DNA of 64,000 nt from Geopsychrobacteraceae bacterium (GTDB lineage Bacteria; Desulfobacterota; Desulfuromonadia; Desulfuromonadales; Geopsychrobacteraceae), in the NCBI GenBank assembly GCA_963676795.2, contig CAXXTB010000002.1, positions 640,001-704,000 of the forward strand. The letters run 5' to 3'. A program made the translations under genes and the position numbers. Below, in pieces: positions 58,458 through 64,000 of this stretch. The notes under the pieces are model-generated. The model was not told the origin of the DNA, searched no databases, and saw nothing but the letters and a program-made list of their open reading frames with translations. The stretch's first letter is position 1, and the number at the start of each line of letters is the position of its first letter.

Positions 58458-59807
58458 TTAGTTAGCAATTTTCTTGGTGAAATCCATGTCGACTGGCAGG
58501 GTTACCGTGAAACAGCTGCCTTTCCCGACTTCGGAAGTCACGGAAATTATGCCGTTGTGGGCATTGACGATCCATTCAGCAATAGCAAGCCCGAGCCCTG
58601 ATCCGCCGTCATTGCGATTCTTCGTTTTGTCGATGCGATAGAACCGCTCAAAGATTTTTTTGAGGTGCTTTTCGTCGATACCGGTCCCTGTGTCGATGAC
58701 ATGGATTGCAACCTTGTCATCCAGGTGGTCGACCTTCATGGTGATGGTCCCATGTTCCGGGGTATAGCGGATTGCGTTAGTCAGGAGGTTGAGGAAAACC
58801 TGACGCAGTCGCACGCTGTCGGCGCTGATGTAGATATCGATATTACCCGGATAGTCAAGATTGACGCTGATCTGTTTGTTTTGAGCCAGAATCGCCCCCT
58901 GGTGCTTGAGCTCAAGGAGGATCTCCGGAAGATAGAGCAGGTCAAGGCGAATCGGCAATTCTCCGAGGTCGCTTTTGGACAGAGTGAGCAGGTCGTCGAT
59001 CAGATAGCTCATCCTGTTGATTTCTTCCAGGTTCGATTCCAGAGTGCGGCGCAGCTGATCGTCCAGGCTGTTGCTACGTATCGAAAGCTCTGTTTCACCA
59101 CGTAATATTGTCAGAGGAGTTCTGAGCTCATGGGTCACGTTTGAGGTGAACTGGCGGGCTCGGGTGAGTTCTTCCGACAGCCGCTGGATTTTTTTCGCAT
59201 GTTCTTTCGCCAGATCGCGCAGTAGCGGTTTTTTCAGGTTGTCAGGTTTAATAGCGCTATCGCTGGAAAACTGCTGCAGGAGCTCTTTAAGCTCTTCATC
59301 CTGGCGATTCAAAAGAAGCTTCTGCAGCCAGTAAAACAACAGCAGGATAATGATTCCAATCAGAGTCAGGACAACCAGTATGCACTTTATGTAGGCTGCA
59401 GACAGGTTTTGGCTTTTAACCTGGAGTATCAACTGGTGGACAGGTAACGTCGTGATGAGAATCCGTTCTTTTTCCGGGCTGGTGAAAATCCGTTGTGAAT
59501 CCCAGGCTGTGACAGGCTTCAGGTCGGGCTGATCGGCGCAGTAGGCGGTATTGCTGGCGGAGAACAATGAGGCCTGGACGTTGCCGAATTCTGCGCGATT
59601 AATGGCTTGGAGATGCTGGCAGAAGTTGCTGCTGTCCTGTGCCGCAGAAAAAAAGCGGGCGATCTGGGTCAGCTGGCGATCTGTCTGGGCCTGCTGAAGC
59701 TGGCGAAACGAATACTGCCAAAAAAAAACGCCTCCACTCAGCACCAGTGCAAGAAAGACAAGGCTTATGAGTGGAAGGCGATTCCTCTTCCCGTCAGTTG
59801 AGCTCAA
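58458..59807 (-). CDS. Membrane sensor histidine kinase (OmpR-partner class)
   Basis: Two TM segments, THELRTPLT, NLLTNAIRYT, DTGTGI, FERFYR, GSGLGL. Confidence 0.92.
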   Translation of the reverse strand: MSSTDGKRNRLPLISLVFLALVLSGGVFFWQYSFRQLQQAQTDRQLTQIARFFSAAQDSSNFCQHLQAINRAEFGNVQASLFSASNTAYCADQPDLKPVTAWDSQRIFTSPEKERILITTLPVHQLILQVKSQNLSAAYIKCILVVLTLIGIIILLLFYWLQKLLLNRQDEELKELLQQFSSDSAIKPDNLKKPLLRDLAKEHAKKIQRLSEELTRARQFTSNVTHELRTPLTILRGETELSIRSNSLDDQLRRTLESNLEEINRMSYLIDDLLTLSKSDLGELPIRLDLLYLPEILLELKHQGAILAQNKQISVNLDYPGNIDIYISADSVRLRQVFLNLLTNAIRYTPEHGTITMKVDHLDDKVAIHVIDTGTGIDEKHLKKIFERFYRIDKTKNRNDGGSGLGLAIAEWIVNAHNGIISVTSEVGKGSCFTVTLPVDMDFTKKIAN

Positions 59808-60482
59808 TTATTCAGACTCCTTGAGGACGTATCCGACCCCACGAACGGTATGAATGAGTTTTTTGTCGAAGTCGCGGTCGATTTTTTTTCTCAGATAATT
59901 GACGTAGACATCGATAATATTGGTGAATGAATCAAAGGTATAATCCCAGACGTGTTCTGCGATCATGGTTCTGGTCAGGACCTGATTCGGATTGCGCATG
60001 AAGTACTCGAGCAGGGCATATTCCTTGGCAGTCAGATCGATTTCCGTATTGTTTCTCCAGACCTTGTGGCCAACCGGATCGAGACGCAGATCTGCGAAAT
60101 AGAGCTCGGCGCCGCGATCCTGGGAGCCGCGACGAATCAGGGCTCTGACCCGGGCGACCAGTTCAGCAAAGGCAAAAGGTTTGGTCAGGTAGTCGTCGCT
60201 GCCGATGTCCAGGCCTGAGACAATATCTTCAACTGTATCCTTTGCGGTCAGGCAGAGGATGGGGGTTGCAATATTCTTTTCGCGAAGTTCGTTGATAGCG
60301 CTGAGCCCGTCTTTGCGGGGCAGCATCACGTCCATAAGAATCAAGTCATAAGCCGTACTGGATGCCATTTCAACGCCTTCTTCACCATCGTAAGCGACGT
60401 CAACCTGGAACTCTTCTTCTTCCAGCCCCCTCTTGATAAAACTGGCAACCTTTTTTTCGTCTTCTACTACCAGGATGCGCAT
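59808..60482 (-). CDS. OmpR/PhoB-family response regulator (heavy-metal/CusR-like)
   Basis: MRILVVEDEKKVA, DVMLP, DDYLTKPFAF, TNIIDVYVNYLRKKID, HTVRGVGY. Confidence 0.93.
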   Translation of the reverse strand: MRILVVEDEKKVASFIKRGLEEEEFQVDVAYDGEEGVEMASSTAYDLILMDVMLPRKDGLSAINELREKNIATPILCLTAKDTVEDIVSGLDIGSDDYLTKPFAFAELVARVRALIRRGSQDRGAELYFADLRLDPVGHKVWRNNTEIDLTAKEYALLEYFMRNPNQVLTRTMIAEHVWDYTFDSFTNIIDVYVNYLRKKIDRDFDKKLIHTVRGVGYVLKESE

Positions 60483-60607
60483 CAGGTGGTTTCTCCTTCT
60501 TTTCTTTCGAGATCTCTTTTGTTAGCGGGCTGAAGAGCGGGAAGTGGTCTGGGGGAGGTTCAGCCGTTTATGTCTAAATAGTCAAAACTCATGAGAATTT
60601 GAAAAAA

Positions 60608-60636
60608 ACTGTAGCAGAGGGTGCATTCTCGTGCAA
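60608..60636 (-). promoter_or_regulatory. sigma70 promoter for the OmpR-type RR/HK operon
   Basis: TTGCAC-17 nt-TACAGT with an extended -10 TG. Confidence 0.55.
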
Positions 60637-60803
60637 GGGGAAAATGATTGAATTTTAATTATTTTTCTCTTTTTTTGGGTAAAAAAGAGTTCGCGACCTG
60701 TTAATATAAAATGGATTGTGAATTGTAAATGCTGATAATATGAAACATTGATGTTTGTCTGTTGGCAAAAACTTAGTTGCTTTTAAATGGCACATTCTGT
60801 TAG

Positions 60804-61733
60804 ATGTTAATAATGAAAAATAATTGGATTCTTGTTGAAATTGAGTTGCCGGGTGTTTTGGTAGATATCGTTGCAGCAGTTCTTGCGGAGCACGATTGTC
60901 AGGGCACGGTTGTTGAAGATCGCACTCTGGATACCTTTATCGTTCCGGACGATGAGCTCCTGGCGGACCAGCTTTATACGATCAAGTCGTATTTCGATGC
61001 AACGGCAGGGGGGGCTGAACTGGTTGAGCGGCTCCGTAGCGATTTTTCCGAACTGCCGGTCTTGGCGCCCTGGAGCGGGAAGATTGTTCTTGTGGGGTCG
61101 GTCAAAAACGAAGACTGGGCCCAGAACTGGAAGCAGAATTTTTCCAGTTTTAAGATTGGTGATAAGCTGGTGTTCAAGCCCAGTTGGGAAGATCTCGAGG
61201 TTGCCGGCGATATGCGGGTTATCGAGATCGACCCCGGTATGGCTTTTGGAACCGGTACCCACGGGACAACACGCCTGTGTCTTGAGGCGATTGCCGAGCT
61301 GTTTGAAGTGCAACAACCGCCAGTCACCCTGCTGGATGTCGGAACGGGGTCCGGAATCCTGGCCCTTGGCGCCGCCGCTCTTGGTTGCCGGCAGGTGCTC
61401 GGCAACGATCTCGATCCGGTTGCCTGTGAGGTGGCTCGCTCCAATGTCGCCATCAATGGCTACAGCAGCCAGGTTGAGATTACCGAACAGCCTCTTGAGC
61501 AGCTTGAAGGCCAGTTCGATATGGTGATTGCCAATATCCTGGCCGAGGAAAATGTCAGGCTCAAACAGTCGCTCTTTGACCATACCGCGTTAGGCGGCTG
61601 GCTGGTTCTCTCTGGTATCCTGCGGGAAAAAGAGGATTTTGTCAGAAATGGCTTTGCCGATCTTGCTCTTAAAGCGTTTCCGACCCGCTACCAGGACGAG
61701 TGGGTCTGTATGGTCTATAAGCGGCTGGGCTGA
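60804..61733 (+). CDS. prmA: Ribosomal protein L11 methyltransferase
   Basis: EDWAQNWK, IDPGMAFGTGTHGTT, LDVGTGSGILA, ANILA; start may be 60813. Confidence 0.95.
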   Translation: MLIMKNNWILVEIELPGVLVDIVAAVLAEHDCQGTVVEDRTLDTFIVPDDELLADQLYTIKSYFDATAGGAELVERLRSDFSELPVLAPWSGKIVLVGSVKNEDWAQNWKQNFSSFKIGDKLVFKPSWEDLEVAGDMRVIEIDPGMAFGTGTHGTTRLCLEAIAELFEVQQPPVTLLDVGTGSGILALGAAALGCRQVLGNDLDPVACEVARSNVAINGYSSQVEITEQPLEQLEGQFDMVIANILAEENVRLKQSLFDHTALGGWLVLSGILREKEDFVRNGFADLALKAFPTRYQDEWVCMVYKRLG

Positions 61734-61738
61734 CAAGG

Positions 61739-62464
61739 ATGCGCTGTTTTTATTATCCGGTTCAGGCCTTTGTGCCGGGAGAGAGTCTGGAGTTGTCCGC
61801 AGAACTTAAGAGGCATATTCTGACGGTTCTGAGGCTCAAGGATGGCCAGCCGATCGTCCTGTTTGACGGTTGCGGACAGGTGGCGAATTGTCGACTCGGC
61901 GGTGACGGGGTGGCGGCAGTTGAACAGGTTTATCAGGCGCCGACTCCCCGCTGCGAACTGACTTTGATTCAGGGGCTGCCAAAGGGCGAGAAGCTGGAGT
62001 TGATCCTGCAGAAAGGAACCGAACTCGGCGTCAATCGCTTTATCCTGGTGCCGATGGAGCGGAGTGTCGGTTCTCTCAAAGAGGGGCGGCAGGATAAGAA
62101 AATTCAGCGCTGGGAAAAGATCATCCAGGAGGCCGCGCGGCAATGCCGGCAGTTTTATCTGCCGACACTCGATGTCTGTTCCTACGATGACGCCCTCCGG
62201 CGCGCTGATGCCGACCTCAGGTTATTGCTCTGGGAAGACAGCTCGGCTCCGCTCGATCAGGTCATCAGCAAGGCCTCTCCTCGTTCCGCTGCCGTTATCG
62301 TCGGACCGGAAGGGGGGATCAGCGAGGCGGAAGGAGCACAGGCTGTCCGCTCCGGGTACAGCAGTGTCAGTATGGGGCCGCGGATCCTGCGCACGGAGAC
62401 CGCTGGTCTGGCAATGATTTCGGTATTACAATATATATTCGGGGATATGGCTCTGGGCCACTAG
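61739..62464 (+). CDS. rsmE: 16S rRNA m3U1498 methyltransferase
   Basis: HILTVLRL, QKGTELGV, EAARQC, VGPEGG, GPRILRTETA. Confidence 0.95.
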   Translation: MRCFYYPVQAFVPGESLELSAELKRHILTVLRLKDGQPIVLFDGCGQVANCRLGGDGVAAVEQVYQAPTPRCELTLIQGLPKGEKLELILQKGTELGVNRFILVPMERSVGSLKEGRQDKKIQRWEKIIQEAARQCRQFYLPTLDVCSYDDALRRADADLRLLLWEDSSAPLDQVISKASPRSAAVIVGPEGGISEAEGAQAVRSGYSSVSMGPRILRTETAGLAMISVLQYIFGDMALGH

Positions 62465-62512
62465 CCTGGCAGACGATGTGAACGCTTTTTTGTTCAAAGG
62501 AAGGGAAACAGC

Positions 62513-64000
62513 ATGAGGTGTCCTAAGTGCGGTTACAACAGTTTTGATCATCTCGATACCTGTAAAAAGTGTGGTAAGGACCTGATCGAATTCAAGGAAA
62601 AGTTCGGCATCAAGAGCGTTCTCTTTCCTGGCCGGTCCGGGCGTAGTGAGGATGTCGTCGAGGAGCTTCACGAGGATGTCGCTGATGTCGCTGTCGCTGC
62701 GACGGCCGCGGCTGTTGGAGCAGCCTCAGCCGATGTCGGGGCCTTGGGCGTGGAAGAGGACTTCGGTGTTGAGCCACCAGCGGCGTCTGCCGGTGAAAGC
62801 GATGATTTCGGTTTCGATTTCATGGGCGACAGCGCAGAGGACGATGATCTCTCTTTTGACGAGCTTTTCGAGGAAGCCGCCGAGGAGGAAGACCTTGAAG
62901 AGTCGATCGAGGGGCCGGCTGACAAGACGCCGGAGCCTTCTGCTGAAAACACGGCTGCTGATGATTTCGATTTCCCGGAAGATGAGGACGAGGAGCTTGA
63001 CGATTTCGGTTTCGATCTCGATGAGCCTGAAGGTGGGGAAAAGGGGGACCCCAAAGACCCTTTTGACTTACCGGAGTCTGCGCCGAATGCGTGGGCTCCG
63101 GAATCCCCGGAAAACCTCAGTGCTGAAGAATCGGACGGTGCGGCAGCTGGTGATCTTGCGGATGGCCATTCCTCTCCGGTTGATGAGCTGCCGGTATTGG
63201 ACGAAGTCTGCCTGCCTCTGACCGAAACTTTTGAAATCTCTGAAGCGGAGTCAAGAGGGGCTGGTGATGAACTGGAAAAGCCCGAACCGGTTGCCGAGTT
63301 CAGTGAGCCATTTGTCATCCCGGCTGAGGACGGCATAGCCTCTTTGCCTGAGCCAGACACTGATGCTGAAGAGTTCGCGTGCGTAGAATTGTCCGACAAC
63401 GCAGAGGCCGGGCAAGCCGTGCTTGCTGCTCAGCTTCCTGAGTTTGAGGAACCGGAGACCCTTGCTGCCGGTGAGTCTTTTGCGCTGCAGACCGAGCCGG
63501 AACAAGAGCCAGAGCCAGTTATCTCCAGCTCCGAAGCCATTGCAACTGCTGTCTATGAAGAAGAGGCCGTGACTGAGGATGACTCTGTCGAGTTGATCCT
63601 CATGCCTGGCGAGGTTCCTGCGGTGGCGAGTCGCATTCTGGCCTTTGTCTATGACCTGACGCTGCTGCTGATTGTCCTGGTGGCCTTTATGGTCGTTTCA
63701 GAGATGGCGATGTCGAGTGGCCCCCTGCGCCTGATTCCATCTGCTGAAACCTTGCTGGAGCTGTCGATCCCCTATTTTCTGGTGGCCTTTGCGCTGGTCT
63801 TCGGCTATTTCACCATGTTTCACTTTTTGACCGGACAGACTCCGGGCAAGATGCTGACCAGTTTACGTGTCGAATCTGTCGAGCGTGAACCTTTGTCACT
63901 GGGACAGGCTTTTCTGCGCAGTTTCGGTGGCGTGATTCAGCTGATTCCTGTCGGGCTTGGTTTCCTTTCCATTCTGCTCTATCCCTATCGGCGGGGATTG
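62513..64000 (+). CDS. Zinc-ribbon / long acidic linker / RDD-family membrane protein, truncated by the window edge
   Basis: Not in the ORF track because it has no stop in the window. Manual translation: MRCPKCGYNSFDHLDTCKKCG, a long D/E/P/A-rich tract, then SRILAFVYD...YFTMFHFLTGQTPGKMLTSLRV (RDD signature). Confidence 0.85.
   Translation, partial: MRCPKCGYNSFDHLDTCKKCGKDLIEFKEKFGIKSVLFPGRSGRSEDVVEELHEDVADVAVAATAAAVGAASADVGALGVEEDFGVEPPAASAGESDDFGFDFMGDSAEDDDLSFDELFEEAAEEEDLEESIEGPADKTPEPSAENTAADDFDFPEDEDEELDDFGFDLDEPEGGEKGDPKDPFDLPESAPNAWAPESPENLSAEESDGAAAGDLADGHSSPVDELPVLDEVCLPLTETFEISEAESRGAGDELEKPEPVAEFSEPFVIPAEDGIASLPEPDTDAEEFACVELSDNAEAGQAVLAAQLPEFEEPETLAAGESFALQTEPEQEPEPVISSSEAIATAVYEEEAVTEDDSVELILMPGEVPAVASRILAFVYDLTLLLIVLVAFMVVSEMAMSSGPLRLIPSAETLLELSIPYFLVAFALVFGYFTMFHFLTGQTPGKMLTSLRVESVEREPLSLGQAFLRSFGGVIQLIPVGLGFLSILLYPYRRGL

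Noticed and set aside
60760..60803. sigma54-like TGGCA motifs upstream of prmA
   Set aside because: Neither TGGCAA nor TGGCAC has a GC dinucleotide at the required -12 spacing.
62646..63505. Track ORFs 62646-63221, 62668-63399 and 63251-63505
   Set aside because: They are alternative-frame or antisense products of the low-complexity region of the real CDS starting at 62513.

Overview
A 64 kb chromosomal window from a GC-rich bacterium; gene content and order suggest Desulfuromonadales (inference). From left to right it holds: a truncated M18 aminopeptidase; tRNA-fMet; selU/mnmH; an unannotated protein with zinc-amidohydrolase-like motifs; pepA; a RimB-type protease-rimK-M14 deacylase-corA-mscS run; hisZ-purA; a roughly 6.6 kb integrase-less catabolic cassette (GntR, TctCBA, MmgE/PrpD, quinone oxidoreductase) bracketed by two identical tRNA-Lys/tRNA-Glu pairs; cheV; a sucrose cluster (SPS-SPP-amylosucrase); ada; a third tRNA-Glu; rnhA; a complete nuo operon with a NuoBCD fusion; several signalling modules, including a kinase/REC-DUF4388/roadblock cluster with no GTPase; prmA-rsmE; and a truncated zinc-ribbon/acidic/RDD protein. 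The strongest leads are (i) a covarying, multi-hairpin ~125 bp repeat found behind every tRNA-Glu terminator, (ii) the tRNA-pair-bracketed cassette, (iii) a possible polyglutamate synthesis/turnover locus including the unannotated hydrolase, and (iv) a ~70 nt candidate sRNA with an anti-Shine-Dalgarno C-rich loop. All calls come from manual motif recognition; no searches were run. I saw no CRISPR array, integrase or transposase.
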